From positions 64,001-128,000 of IMG/VR virus record IMGVR_UViG_3300042731_009106: a stretch of 64,000 bases of DNA; one strand, 5' to 3'. The position numbers and the translations under genes are program-made. The notes beneath the pieces are model-generated. The model ran no database searches. It was not told where the DNA came from and saw only the letters and a program-made list of their open reading frames with translations. The stretch is from a virus. Shown here in pieces: positions 37,666 to 48,362 of this stretch (positions are counted from its first letter, which is position 1; each line of letters begins with the position of its first letter).

Positions 37666-39042
37666 ATGAATTTTCTAGATTTATCCAACATAGCTTTATG
37701 TTGCATCGATGATGTTGATACAGATCGAGCAATCAAGGTTTTAAACCATTGTTCTAACCTATGTTTTTTTGAATCTATTAACTTATTTACAAGTAAAAAA
37801 GTTAGTCTTCCTTTTGGAGTTTCAGTTCATCAAACTCAACCACTTGAATCCGTAGAAGATGTTGATAATTTTATAGCTCAAAGTTTGTTTAAATTTATTG
37901 AACATTCGAAGTGTTCACATGTATTACTAGTTCAACATGATGGGTTTATATTGAATCCTCATGCTTGGACCAATGAATTTTTGTGTTATGACGTTATAGG
38001 AGCTCCAGCTGAAGAAGCTGGCGCTCCCCCAACTACAGAAGGGGTTGTGAGATTTTTTAATTCTGGCTTTGCTCTTTTTAGTAAAAAATTACTTCAAGCA
38101 TTCTCGGAAATCGTTGAATCAGAAAATATTAAATCAGTCTCGCCATTAGATGGAACTACTTCTGGCCTCGTTCAACCAAATGGAATAAACTTTAGAGAAA
38201 AGTTTACTGAATTAGGTTTTCATTATCCTTCTGGCGAACTTGCTAGCCAGTTTTCCGTAGAATATAGTGAACATAAAGGTAGCTTTGGCTATCATTCAAG
38301 AGCTTTTCAACACCTTAATCAATTTAAATTAGGGCAATCCTTTGATAGGTTCTTAGATGAGCACGCATACAAAAAACAGACACACAAGTTTTACCAAATA
38401 GGCTATAAAGAGGAACATATTGAACAAGTTTTGCCTAATTTTGAGTTTGTACTAAATTATCCAAATTCCATATTTTTGGAGCACGCGGCCATATCTAGAA
38501 TTATCAACCCCCACATCACCTTCGACTGGATTGGATTCTTCCCTTATCGAGTTCGTGAAAAACTAAATGAAGATTTCTCTTATGAAAAATGCGTAGATAT
38601 GTGTGAAAGATTTCCAAAAGCTGACATATTAAGTCATGGCACATTAAAGTATGGCAATCATATCACTTCCAACCCAAGAGAAATACACCCTGATATGTGG
38701 CCAGTTTTTGATAAAATCATGCATAAGTTAGGATTTCTTAAATTCAATGAACAAGCTTTCTCGGAGCCTTTAAAAATGATTTACACCAGCAGTTTTATAG
38801 GCAAAAAAGACATTCTTCTAAATTACAGAGATGAACTTTTAGTGCCCATGATGGACTTAATGCAGTTTGATGATGAAATTTACCACCTTTCTCGTGAACG
38901 GTCTGACTACGGATTTATGCCACCTAAAGAACTCACTGACATTAGCGGCCTACCCTACTGGACCCACGTACCCTTTTTATTAGAAAGGGCTATAAGCTTT
39001 TATTGTGAAATAAAAAACCTCGAAATACGTTTTTGTCTATGA
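37666..39042 (+). CDS. DUF5672-like glycosyltransferase domain plus second domain
   Basis: HVLLVQHDGFILNP-W-FL-YD-IGAP, NSGFAL. Confidence 0.65.
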   Translation: MNFLDLSNIALCCIDDVDTDRAIKVLNHCSNLCFFESINLFTSKKVSLPFGVSVHQTQPLESVEDVDNFIAQSLFKFIEHSKCSHVLLVQHDGFILNPHAWTNEFLCYDVIGAPAEEAGAPPTTEGVVRFFNSGFALFSKKLLQAFSEIVESENIKSVSPLDGTTSGLVQPNGINFREKFTELGFHYPSGELASQFSVEYSEHKGSFGYHSRAFQHLNQFKLGQSFDRFLDEHAYKKQTHKFYQIGYKEEHIEQVLPNFEFVLNYPNSIFLEHAAISRIINPHITFDWIGFFPYRVREKLNEDFSYEKCVDMCERFPKADILSHGTLKYGNHITSNPREIHPDMWPVFDKIMHKLGFLKFNEQAFSEPLKMIYTSSFIGKKDILLNYRDELLVPMMDLMQFDDEIYHLSRERSDYGFMPPKELTDISGLPYWTHVPFLLERAISFYCEIKNLEIRFCL

Positions 39043-39749
39043 ATATACCAATTAAACAAATTAATTATATCAGCACCCCCACTTTATTTTCTAACATACT
39101 AAAAGGATCTATTGCACTTTCATTTTTTAAAGAATCAATTGATGAAGCGGATTGGGTCGAGTATTATAATTCTCACGAAGATTTATATGGTTCTTTTTCC
39201 CCAGAAGATTCTGAAGCTCTTAAATACCACTACGTACATAATGGTATTTTTGAGGGTAGGATGATCAATACTTTTCCTGATCATTTTCTTTGGCTTGGTA
39301 AACCGAAAGAGTTCAGTAATCAAACTTTTGTAATCGGATCACTATTAAATCCTTATGAATACTCAATAGAATGTTTTATAAACTTAAACTCTAAGTTTAC
39401 ATCAATTAGAGATCACACACCTGAACTTTTCTTGGAGTTTCTTCGTAAGAGTGGTCCTTACGAAACTTTATTGCAAGATTCAAATATATACGATCAAGTA
39501 AAATTTTTCTTTAAGCCTCAATCTTATTTTTTCTTTGATGAAAACAACAATAATGTTACTAACTTTTTAATAAGATCTGATAGATTTGAAAAAGATAATT
39601 CTTTTTTGCAAGATTTAATACAATTAGAAAGCCATCCTTATACGAGAGATTTAATTGATATATCTAAATATATAACATCAGACGATCATTGGAATTTAAT
39701 TAAAGATATTTATCGTTCAGATTTTGATAATTTTGGCTATGAGCGATAG
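39033..39749 (+). CDS. Degenerate sulfotransferase-2-like protein with N-terminal repeat-like module
   Basis: DWVEYY-DL-HY-NG-EGR module; LNPYE, PQSYF, Y-SDFDNFGY; lacks HIPK motif. Confidence 0.55.
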   Translation: MSMNIPIKQINYISTPTLFSNILKGSIALSFFKESIDEADWVEYYNSHEDLYGSFSPEDSEALKYHYVHNGIFEGRMINTFPDHFLWLGKPKEFSNQTFVIGSLLNPYEYSIECFINLNSKFTSIRDHTPELFLEFLRKSGPYETLLQDSNIYDQVKFFFKPQSYFFFDENNNNVTNFLIRSDRFEKDNSFLQDLIQLESHPYTRDLIDISKYITSDDHWNLIKDIYRSDFDNFGYER

Positions 39750-40500
39750 TCATACATTAAATATCGTTACTCCATGCAGCCGAACAACTTATTTAAGATC
39801 TATTTATTACTCTATAGGAGCCTCCTTTTTTAACCTTCCTCACAAAATTAACTGGCATATAGTTTTAGATAAACATGTAAAATACGATAAATGCCCAATA
39901 AAAAAATGCCCTGAGTTCCGTTCTATTTCAATTATTTTGCATCAATCTTTAACTAAGAGTTATTACGGTAATTGTTGTCGAAATATAGCCCTTGATTTAA
40001 TTGATTCCGGTTTTATTTATTTTTTAGATGATGACACTTTAATGCATTTAAATTTTGGCAAATATTTTCAATTTTTTCAACCAAATAACGCTTATACTTT
40101 CTTAAGTGAAGGTTTACCTTTTAATGTGTTAAGAATAATACAATCGAAAGCTAATAACTTTCAAATTATTGATTGCAATCATTCTCAAATTGGACCAAAT
40201 TACCAATCTTACGCTACAGCTTTAGAAAATTATCAATTACTTTTAAATCAACCAACCTTCTTATCTTTCCTTGCCCCAAATTACCCATTGCCATCAAGGA
40301 TAGACTCAAGCATGTTTTGTGTTTGCAGTAGTTTAGTTAAGGAAACGCGCTGGGATGACTCAAATTACAGGTCTGATGGAGTTTTCATCAGTAGAATAGT
40401 CGAGAGTGTAGGTTTTGAAAATCTTAAATATGTTAATAAAATTTTAGGTCATTATAATTTTTTAGATCCAGATCCAAAACCTACAATTTATCGTGAATAA
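39724..40500 (+). CDS. GT2-like glycosyltransferase
   Basis: IVTPCSR, GNCCRNIAL, YFLDDD, IDSSMF. Confidence 0.7.
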   Translation: MIILAMSDSHTLNIVTPCSRTTYLRSIYYSIGASFFNLPHKINWHIVLDKHVKYDKCPIKKCPEFRSISIILHQSLTKSYYGNCCRNIALDLIDSGFIYFLDDDTLMHLNFGKYFQFFQPNNAYTFLSEGLPFNVLRIIQSKANNFQIIDCNHSQIGPNYQSYATALENYQLLLNQPTFLSFLAPNYPLPSRIDSSMFCVCSSLVKETRWDDSNYRSDGVFISRIVESVGFENLKYVNKILGHYNFLDPDPKPTIYRE

Positions 40501-41065
40501 TTTTGTTTTTCAAATTGGTTTCAATAAGTGTGGGACTCGCTCCCTGTATCATTTGTTCTCTGAAAGTAAAATTCCATCCCTACATTGGCACAATGATCAC
40601 GGAAAACTGCCAAAACTCATGCTTCATAATTTTTTTGCGGGTAGACCCTTAATACCCTCAAGTTATGAAAAGTATGTTTTCTTTTCTGACTTAGAGGACA
40701 TCTATCACAATAAATATTTAGCCAATCACTCATATTATTTTTATCAATATTTATATAATCAATACCCCAACTCTAAATTTATTTTAAACATTCGACCTCT
40801 GGATGATTGGCTAAACTCTAGGCTAAGGCATGATGATGGAAAATATTTAAAACAATATATGCAAACTTTAAGCCTCAATAAGAGTGAAATTATAGACTAC
40901 TGGGTAGACCATTTTAACAATCATATTCAATCGGTTAAAGATTTTTTTCTAGATAAACCAAATAAATTAATTATATTTAATATTGCTACAGATAAAGTTG
41001 ACAAACTCATTAACTTCTTTCCAGACCTTAATTTAAAATTTGAAAACTGGAAACAAATTCGATGA
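40493..41065 (+). CDS. P-loop sulfotransferase family protein
   Basis: FQIGFNKCGTRSL, KFILNIRPLDDWLNSR. Confidence 0.8.
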   Translation: MNNFVFQIGFNKCGTRSLYHLFSESKIPSLHWHNDHGKLPKLMLHNFFAGRPLIPSSYEKYVFFSDLEDIYHNKYLANHSYYFYQYLYNQYPNSKFILNIRPLDDWLNSRLRHDDGKYLKQYMQTLSLNKSEIIDYWVDHFNNHIQSVKDFFLDKPNKLIIFNIATDKVDKLINFFPDLNLKFENWKQIR

Positions 41066-41691
41066 AAAAATTTTTAGTATATCAATACTTCTGCAAAAGT
41101 GACGGAATGTATTGTGATATTGACTCTAGTAATTACTATGAACTCAGCCATCAGTCCATTCAAAAATATTGCCTACAACACAATATAGATTATGAATTGC
41201 TTGACAATGGTCACAAAATCACTCCTTTTTATGGAATCTTTGTTCCTTTTTGTTTAAATCACATATATAACTATGATGCAATTTGCTTTATTGACTCTGA
41301 TGTTTTAGCTACTAAAAACTCAATAAATGTTTTTGACTATTATCATGAATCAAAAATCACGGCCAATATTATGGACTTAGGTCACGCTAATACTGGTGTG
41401 GTCATTTTTCCAAAATCATTTTTCACAGAGATTAAAACTAATATACTGGATAAGCTAGAAGATATGCATGATAAAATCCTTCCCATCATGGATAAGTATG
41501 GCCCATTTGATCAATATTTAATAAATAAGTTTTATCTACCAGACAAAATAAATAATTTACCAAAACATATGAATTGGGTTATTCACAGATATGGCTTAAA
41601 CAATAGATTTGAAAAAAGCTTAATTCACTATAACATGGCTTATAAGTCTCACATTCACAAAGATTTCGTGAGTGATCTAATTTTAAAATGA
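41062..41691 (+). CDS. GT8/GT34-like glycosyltransferase
   Basis: YDAICFIDSDV, NTGVVIF, DQYLIN. Confidence 0.65.
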   Translation: MKKFLVYQYFCKSDGMYCDIDSSNYYELSHQSIQKYCLQHNIDYELLDNGHKITPFYGIFVPFCLNHIYNYDAICFIDSDVLATKNSINVFDYYHESKITANIMDLGHANTGVVIFPKSFFTEIKTNILDKLEDMHDKILPIMDKYGPFDQYLINKFYLPDKINNLPKHMNWVIHRYGLNNRFEKSLIHYNMAYKSHIHKDFVSDLILK

Positions 41692-42650
41692 AACTCGCAC
41701 ATATTTCATGCAAACCATCATCTGGTTTAAGTAAGTTAGTTTCATCTTTAGAGATGTTGTTAATCAAGTCCAACTTCGTTGTTAGTTTAGTTGATCCTGA
41801 AATTCCTTCTGGTAGCTGTGATTTATGTATTCATATGGAGAAAGTTTCCCCTGTTAATACTAAGCTAGCTTCACATAATGCATTAGTCCCGATGCCTGAA
41901 CATGTTCTTTCGTTTGACTATTATGACAAATTAGATTCAGTATTATGTGTTAATAAATACGGCTTTGATCTCTTTCGAGAGATAGAGCATAAATTTAATT
42001 ATCAAACTCTCCTTATTGGATGCACTACCCTCATAGACAAACCATTTAAACTTTATGCCAAAGACTATGAGCAAGCCATACACTTCGCTGGAACATCACC
42101 TTGGAAAAATACAAATTTAGTTTTACAAACTTGGAAAAACAATCCAAACCTACCAAAGCTAAATGTTACATGCTTAGATCGCTCAGAATACAGAAGCTGT
42201 TTTCGTGAGCACTCAAAACTCATAAGCGAATGTGTATCTTGCAAAAATATTGAAATCCACACCAAACCTTTAGCTCGTGATGAAATTTCAGAATTGCAGT
42301 CTCTAGCTGGCTTATCTATATGCCCAAGCGAAGCTGAAGGTTATAGTAATTATATAAATGAATCTTTATATTTTGGTAGCATTGTTTTAACTTTAGATTA
42401 TCCACCCATGAATGAGTTAGTGGATTCGGATTGTGGTATTGTCATAAAATCAAAACACACTCGCCATCATAATAAGCTCAATGTTAGCTGTAGAAGTTTT
42501 AGTCAATCTGAATTAGTTAATGGTGTCAACGAATACCTAAATCTTTCTTATGAGAAAAAATTAGAAAGAAGCGTAAAATCTCATACTATATACCAAAGAA
42601 ATCAATCATTTTTTCTTAATTCATTTAAACATTTTTTAAATAATGTATAA
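41688..42650 (+). CDS. GT4-like (GT-B) glycosyltransferase
   Basis: HFAGTSPWKNT-V, ICPSEAEGY-YINE, TLDYPPMNELV. Confidence 0.75.
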   Translation: MKLAHISCKPSSGLSKLVSSLEMLLIKSNFVVSLVDPEIPSGSCDLCIHMEKVSPVNTKLASHNALVPMPEHVLSFDYYDKLDSVLCVNKYGFDLFREIEHKFNYQTLLIGCTTLIDKPFKLYAKDYEQAIHFAGTSPWKNTNLVLQTWKNNPNLPKLNVTCLDRSEYRSCFREHSKLISECVSCKNIEIHTKPLARDEISELQSLAGLSICPSEAEGYSNYINESLYFGSIVLTLDYPPMNELVDSDCGIVIKSKHTRHHNKLNVSCRSFSQSELVNGVNEYLNLSYEKKLERSVKSHTIYQRNQSFFLNSFKHFLNNV

Positions 42651-43557
42651 CCACAATGGAATAAAATATTTATCACACCAATGCTTATCAGAGTCCAATC
42701 AAGAGCAAAAACAATCTTTATTACTGCAGAAACATACAGTTAATTTAAAAGAAGGCTTGTTCTGGCATTTAAGAGGTGACCCTGAATGGGAGTGTGGTAA
42801 ACTTTTTTATAAACTTTATGATAATACACATGAGTTAAAGTTCGATAGGTTCAATTATGTTCGTCAAGGAGGAACTCATGATCCTCGATACTTTTACTTT
42901 AATAGCGACTTGTATTTGCTTTTTAATGGCTTACTACATAGTAACGAGAGAGGAATGTTCTTGTATAACTTTAGCAAAAATATTTTAACAAAACTTTGGG
43001 CTTTGAATACGAGCCACTTATCTAACTTTCCTCAAAAAAACTGGATGCCTTATATTTATTCGGGTGAATTATTTTTTGTATTTTCTTTTCAGCCAAACTG
43101 TGTTTTAAAACTTTCTTCTTTAAATACAGGAGAATGTGAAATCATCAAAGGCGACCCATTAGAATTTGAGTACTGGATAGATTATGCTGGATCAACTTGC
43201 TTTTCTCAAATCTCTAAAACTAAATTTTTTGGCTTTGCTCGGAGTAGAGTGAGGGAGCCGGGATTTGATAAAATCATGAAACCCGTTCCAGTTATTTGGG
43301 ATGCCGAAAAGCTGGAAGTGATCAAGGATAGTTCTTACATGAAATTTGATGATGAGTTTTTTGATACTGGATTAGATAAAGGTCCAAGCTTTTACAGAAA
43401 TAGACCAAACAATACTCCTCCGAACGATATGCATTTTCCATATCATTATGATTTTTTGAATAGTGATAAATCACAAATTAATTTATATGTTAATTTTCAC
43501 GAGTATAAAGATATAGTTATTCAGCTTGATGTAGAAAACTTTTTGTATGATTCCTAA
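42643..43557 (+). CDS. Beta-propeller glycosidase-like protein
   Basis: HDPR, QKNWMPY-FVFSFQP. Confidence 0.5.
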   Translation: MYNHNGIKYLSHQCLSESNQEQKQSLLLQKHTVNLKEGLFWHLRGDPEWECGKLFYKLYDNTHELKFDRFNYVRQGGTHDPRYFYFNSDLYLLFNGLLHSNERGMFLYNFSKNILTKLWALNTSHLSNFPQKNWMPYIYSGELFFVFSFQPNCVLKLSSLNTGECEIIKGDPLEFEYWIDYAGSTCFSQISKTKFFGFARSRVREPGFDKIMKPVPVIWDAEKLEVIKDSSYMKFDDEFFDTGLDKGPSFYRNRPNNTPPNDMHFPYHYDFLNSDKSQINLYVNFHEYKDIVIQLDVENFLYDS

Positions 43558-44926
43558 AATTCTTCACTATTATTGGTCATCAGGCAAGCCAACTAACTTC
43601 CATCAGTATTGCCTTGACAGTTGGAGAAAGTCAAACCCTGAATATACAATTCAATGCTTCAACAAAGAAGATCTAAAAACTTTATCCCAATTTAATTCCT
43701 CAGTATTAAATTCTTGTAGAAACTCTTCTGAAGAAAGCGATGTCGCTAGATTTTGGATTCTATATGATCATGGAGGAATTTATTTAGATACAGATATTGA
43801 ATTATTTAGTTCAATAGATTCTATTTTTCAAAATAATGATTTTAGTATTGGTTGTAGTAAAGATCATTGTCTGCAGGGAAGTGTTATCGCCTCTATACCA
43901 AAAGGTAAAGAAATTAAATTGTTATGTAAAAACTTACAGAGAAGATTAAAAACTCACCCAAATGCGAGTTCCGAATATAAGTTTGGACCTCATTATTGCA
44001 TGGATAACTTAAATTTTACTGAAGTCAATAAAGTATATGACTTTTTCCCTTTTTCTTATTCAGATAGATTATGTTATAATAAAGATAATATTTTAGATCA
44101 TTTTCCTAACCTTGTTGGGGTTCATTATTTTGATCATAGCTGGTCAGGTAAATCTATTGACTGTTACATGATTACTGATAGAAGTAATGACTTATCTGAA
44201 TCTAATTATTTATTTTCAAATAAAAAATTCAATAACACACTTAAATCTTTTGACGCAATAATGACTCAAAAGAGTCAATCTGAAGAAGTTTTGTTTCGTA
44301 ATTTATCTGAAAACCTTCCTGAAAACTGGATTAACTTTGATGACTCTTGGATTAGGAATAAATATATATTAGGATGCTCTGCATCTTATGTGTCTTTATT
44401 TTATCAGATTTATACTGAAAAAATTCCAAGTGCAAACTGGTATCTAGTTATGGAAGATGATGTAACACTTAATGTTGAATTTTCATATTTAGCGAGTCAA
44501 TTAAATACCATAACTGCGCAGTTACCAGATGACATAGATTTAGTTAATTTATGTCCGTTAAATAGTATTATTTCTCACAAACAGTTTGATTTAAAGCATC
44601 ATATTTTTGCCAACTTTTATCGCAAAAGAAATAGGGCGGCTTTTGGCTCTCAAGTAATTTTGTACAAGCATTCATTTATTGAAAAGATGATGAAAAGCTT
44701 ACCTCTGCGTAATGAAATCGACATACATTATATGCTTGAAATGAATGACGGTAAATTTAAATATTGGGCTCATAAAAATAACTGGTTTAATCATTTTGGT
44801 GAAGATCATTTAGATAGTGTCAGACAACTATATGCAGATAAATTCAATGAACACTTCCCTGATGAAATATGCATCAGAAACTCACGAGAGCTACCCTCTC
44901 GCAGGTCTTCTCAGTTAGATCAATGA
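43547..44926 (+). CDS. GT32 (DXD) domain fused to GT25-like domain
   Basis: IPKILHYYW, SDVARF-LY-HGGIYLDTD; C-terminal YLVMEDD. Confidence 0.8.
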   Translation: MIPKILHYYWSSGKPTNFHQYCLDSWRKSNPEYTIQCFNKEDLKTLSQFNSSVLNSCRNSSEESDVARFWILYDHGGIYLDTDIELFSSIDSIFQNNDFSIGCSKDHCLQGSVIASIPKGKEIKLLCKNLQRRLKTHPNASSEYKFGPHYCMDNLNFTEVNKVYDFFPFSYSDRLCYNKDNILDHFPNLVGVHYFDHSWSGKSIDCYMITDRSNDLSESNYLFSNKKFNNTLKSFDAIMTQKSQSEEVLFRNLSENLPENWINFDDSWIRNKYILGCSASYVSLFYQIYTEKIPSANWYLVMEDDVTLNVEFSYLASQLNTITAQLPDDIDLVNLCPLNSIISHKQFDLKHHIFANFYRKRNRAAFGSQVILYKHSFIEKMMKSLPLRNEIDIHYMLEMNDGKFKYWAHKNNWFNHFGEDHLDSVRQLYADKFNEHFPDEICIRNSRELPSRRSSQLDQ

Positions 44927-45843
44927 AGTTCTTGTTTATAGCTCCAGAAGGCACTTGTATACCCCCTCAAGGTCACGGAGCAGTAGAATCTATAGTTTAC
45001 GATTATTACAGCGGTCTTTCTCGACTAGGTCATGTTGTAAAAATCTACCAAGGTAGCAATTTCGATGAATTTAAATTATTTACTGATGAATTTAAACCAG
45101 ACATTTGCTACAGCCATTGTTATTATGGCGTATATAGACAGTTTCTACATTACTGTAAAGCTAAACTTAAGTTTGCAACCAATCATTTTGGCGAATATTA
45201 TAATGACATAAACACTAACAAAAAGCAAAGCTTATCTGGTATATCTGGACATTTCAATGTAGACTCAATGCCTATTCCAGATAATATTAATTTTATTTGT
45301 TTATCTCAAGAAATACTTCGCTATCATCATGACATTTTAGGAGTTGATTTTAAAAATTTATTTTTTATCCCAAATAGGGTTTATCCAGATAATTTTACAT
45401 TTAATGAGCTCCCTACCTTCAATAAATCGATTTATTTAGGAGCAATTTCCGAAAGGAAAAGGCAATTTCTTGTTAAGGGTATTGACATCATTGAAGTAGT
45501 GCATGATAAATCAAAAACTTGGTTACATAATAACCTTACAAATTATAAGAACAGCGTTCTTTTAAGTAGTAGTGAAGCCGCCTCTCTAAGCGTTGTAGAA
45601 TCTTTAATGTCGGGCTTAGGCATTGTAATATCAAATGCTTGCTCTTATAATTTAGATACCAATTTAGAGTTTATCAATGTCATTAGTGAAGATAACTTAA
45701 ATATGTCAAACATTCAAAACTTGGTTATGGAGAATGTGGAAGTGTGCCACAAGTTACGAAAACGTATTAGAGATTATGCTATGGATAAATTTGATTTTAA
45801 TAAAAGTATTAAAGAGCTTGTTGACATAATTGATAATATTTAA
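44923..45843 (+). CDS. GT4-like glycosyltransferase
   Basis: IPPQGHGAVESIV, YLGAISERK, EAASLSVVESL; start ATG 44923. Confidence 0.75.
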   Translation: MKFLFIAPEGTCIPPQGHGAVESIVYDYYSGLSRLGHVVKIYQGSNFDEFKLFTDEFKPDICYSHCYYGVYRQFLHYCKAKLKFATNHFGEYYNDINTNKKQSLSGISGHFNVDSMPIPDNINFICLSQEILRYHHDILGVDFKNLFFIPNRVYPDNFTFNELPTFNKSIYLGAISERKRQFLVKGIDIIEVVHDKSKTWLHNNLTNYKNSVLLSSSEAASLSVVESLMSGLGIVISNACSYNLDTNLEFINVISEDNLNMSNIQNLVMENVEVCHKLRKRIRDYAMDKFDFNKSIKELVDIIDNI

Positions 45844-46543
45844 AACCATCAATCAATTGCTTTTGCAATAAAAAATTTAGATTATCTGGTTCATTTTTAT
45901 TAACTTTTTTAGTTTCAGACCATTTAAATTTTGGTGGACTTTGAGCATCCCAAAACACTTTCCCTCTGCACATGCAACCAGCCAACCAACTAAAACCTCT
46001 ATGTGACAATATTAAATCTTCAGAGTTTATTAAAGTTAAAAAATCTTCGTCTACATTTGTACTGGTATGATTAATTTTTGGAAATAGTTTTTTTAATTCT
46101 ACTTCAAGCTCAAAAATCCATTTATTTGATTCCGCTTTATTTTTTGTATTATGAAATCCGTAAATTAAATTACATTCTTTATGTTTTACATTTAGTTCGT
46201 TCTCAACAATTATATCAACAATCTTCTTCTGAGTTAGGCTTTCTTTTAAAGTGTCTCCTAGTCTTAAATGTATATTTAGAAGATTTTTATAATTACTCTT
46301 TTGTTTGATTAAACAAATGCTTTTTAAGAGCTCCCAATCAACATTCTTGATATCTCCCAACCTCCATGATGCGCACCCTAATTTTGGATCCCAATCATGA
46401 AGACTATCTTCAAGGTTAGAAATGTATTCGTAACCTATACTATCTTTAAAGTTCTTACCTTTTGCGAATCTAAATCTTATTATATCTGCTAGTGTATATC
46501 TATTCTTCCATTGCTTAACCCACTCTGGTATCTCAAAACTCAT
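45809..46543 (-). CDS. GT11/GT23-like fucosyltransferase
   Basis: NIHLRLGD, DEDF-LI, GFSWLAG. Confidence 0.6.
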   Translation of the reverse strand: MSFEIPEWVKQWKNRYTLADIIRFRFAKGKNFKDSIGYEYISNLEDSLHDWDPKLGCASWRLGDIKNVDWELLKSICLIKQKSNYKNLLNIHLRLGDTLKESLTQKKIVDIIVENELNVKHKECNLIYGFHNTKNKAESNKWIFELEVELKKLFPKINHTSTNVDEDFLTLINSEDLILSHRGFSWLAGCMCRGKVFWDAQSPPKFKWSETKKVNKNEPDNLNFLLQKQLIDGFKYYQLCQQAL

Positions 46544-47111
46544 ATTTAAATAACTTAATTTCCTCTTTATAGTCTTTATAGATAATGTCTCTCATTTTTG
46601 GAGAGTAATAATCCTGATAAGAATTATGCTCTGATTTATTTATGTGAGGTAATTCAATTTTAATATTTAATTTATCGCATATTTTAAGCCAATCATTTTT
46701 CAAACTTTCAAATCTACCAATAAAGTCTACATGGATATTTTGATTTATCTTCATAAAATTAGTTTGAGCTAACTTGTGCCTATCGTGATCTAATCTTTTT
46801 AATGGTCTACTTTTAGTTCTGAAATAAAATTCCTCTAAATCCATTTGCCTCCATCTCGCTGCAGACACAATTCTGTCCCAAGGATTTCTTACCACAGAAA
46901 ACACGAAGTATTCATCTATTGGTTTTTTGATTTGTTTATACTTTATCATTTCTTGAAGGGTAAAATGAACACTCCAATGCTTAGATTCTTCGTGCCAAAA
47001 GTCATAGTCAAATCTATAAATATCGTAATGAGAGGCTAACGCTCTCTCAATACTCGTTCCTCCTGTTTTGGGTACATGAAGGAATATAAAATTATGTTCT
47101 TCTGATATCAT
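46533..47111 (-). CDS. Sulfotransferase family 2 protein
   Basis: HVPKTGGTS, VRNPWDR. Confidence 0.88.
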   Translation of the reverse strand: MISEEHNFIFLHVPKTGGTSIERALASHYDIYRFDYDFWHEESKHWSVHFTLQEMIKYKQIKKPIDEYFVFSVVRNPWDRIVSAARWRQMDLEEFYFRTKSRPLKRLDHDRHKLAQTNFMKINQNIHVDFIGRFESLKNDWLKICDKLNIKIELPHINKSEHNSYQDYYSPKMRDIIYKDYKEEIKLFKYEF

Positions 47112-47824
47112 TGTTTATCGTAGGGGTTTATAAAAGATGGTCTCTTGTACATAAAGTGACTAGCTCTATCTTTCCATTTTCTACCTAAATCCCAATTTGC
47201 GGAATTAGGAAGCTCGACATTTACTTTTACCATATTGTCTACAATGTTTTTGATTTTGTTGTTTTTATCGTACAATCTAGATAAGGCTTTATGTGAGAAA
47301 AAATAATTACTTGGATCAAAATTTCCATTTTTATCTTTGCCTGAATTAAAATCTTTAGGTCCAAAAATATAATCTTTTTTATATTCTTTCATCCACTCTT
47401 TAACAATATAGCATCCTTGCTTAGCTACCAAGAAAAAACTAGCCACATCTCTTCCGTTAGACCTCTGTGGAAATGAATAAGCAAAGAAATTTTTTTCATT
47501 TAAAATTTGATTTATAAATTCACGCAATGGCTTATCGGGATATAAACTTGCATCACACCAAATACCGCCAAATTTATCCAGTAACATCAATCGAATTAGA
47601 TCCGTCTTTGCTTGATAATTTCTTTTAAATCTGCACATTTTATCTATTTCATAAAACTCAGGTAAATATTGATACAAACTTTTATCATCAAGCAATGTAA
47701 ATTTAAATTCTGGATTTAAAGTTCCCCATCTTTCTGTGCAAATTTTATTTAGCTTAGGTATTTCGGCGCCATCCCAAAACATCCATATATTTTGCTCAAT
47801 ATTCGTATTTAAACTTTTCAACAT
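47108..47824 (-). CDS. Capsular polysaccharide synthesis protein (GT32-like)
   Basis: IWMFWDG, TDLIRLMLLDKFGGIWCDA. Confidence 0.8.
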   Translation of the reverse strand: MLKSLNTNIEQNIWMFWDGAEIPKLNKICTERWGTLNPEFKFTLLDDKSLYQYLPEFYEIDKMCRFKRNYQAKTDLIRLMLLDKFGGIWCDASLYPDKPLREFINQILNEKNFFAYSFPQRSNGRDVASFFLVAKQGCYIVKEWMKEYKKDYIFGPKDFNSGKDKNGNFDPSNYFFSHKALSRLYDKNNKIKNIVDNMVKVNVELPNSANWDLGRKWKDRASHFMYKRPSFINPYDKQ

Positions 47825-48362
47825 CCTCCTTATATATATCTCTTACTATTTGAATCATTTCTTGATCATAATACTGCTTGTAGTGTTTATGGTTAGATTG
47901 ATTAATTTTACATAAAGGTTTCACCTTTAAGTTGTTTTCACTAACAAATTCACCATAAGATACACTCAAATGCTCATAACTTATTGTGTAGTCTAAAGGT
48001 TCATCTATAAACCAAGATTGACTAACAAAATGGGTATCATTTTTTACTTTTAATATACCTCTACCTTTAATGAAACTCTTGAATGTTAAATACTCTTTAA
48101 TTTTTTCTTGGCATTTCAAGTCCCAGACATTTCCAGATCCACCTTTCTTGATGTAGTGAAATGAGCTTACTAGTCTGTCCCATGGATTTCTGATTACCGC
48201 AAATGTCATTGCATTTGAATTAATCTCTTGTTTTAATTTAGTAATTCGAGCATGAGCCGTCAACTGTATGCATTCATTATATGTTTCTATAGACTGCCTA
48301 ATTGAGTTGCCAGCATTTTTTGGGATATGAATAAATAAGATATTTTTATTTTTAATAAACAT
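47796..48362 (-). CDS. Sulfotransferase family 2 protein
   Basis: HIPKNAGNS, IRNPWDR. Confidence 0.88.
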   Translation of the reverse strand: MFIKNKNILFIHIPKNAGNSIRQSIETYNECIQLTAHARITKLKQEINSNAMTFAVIRNPWDRLVSSFHYIKKGGSGNVWDLKCQEKIKEYLTFKSFIKGRGILKVKNDTHFVSQSWFIDEPLDYTISYEHLSVSYGEFVSENNLKVKPLCKINQSNHKHYKQYYDQEMIQIVRDIYKEDVEKFKYEY

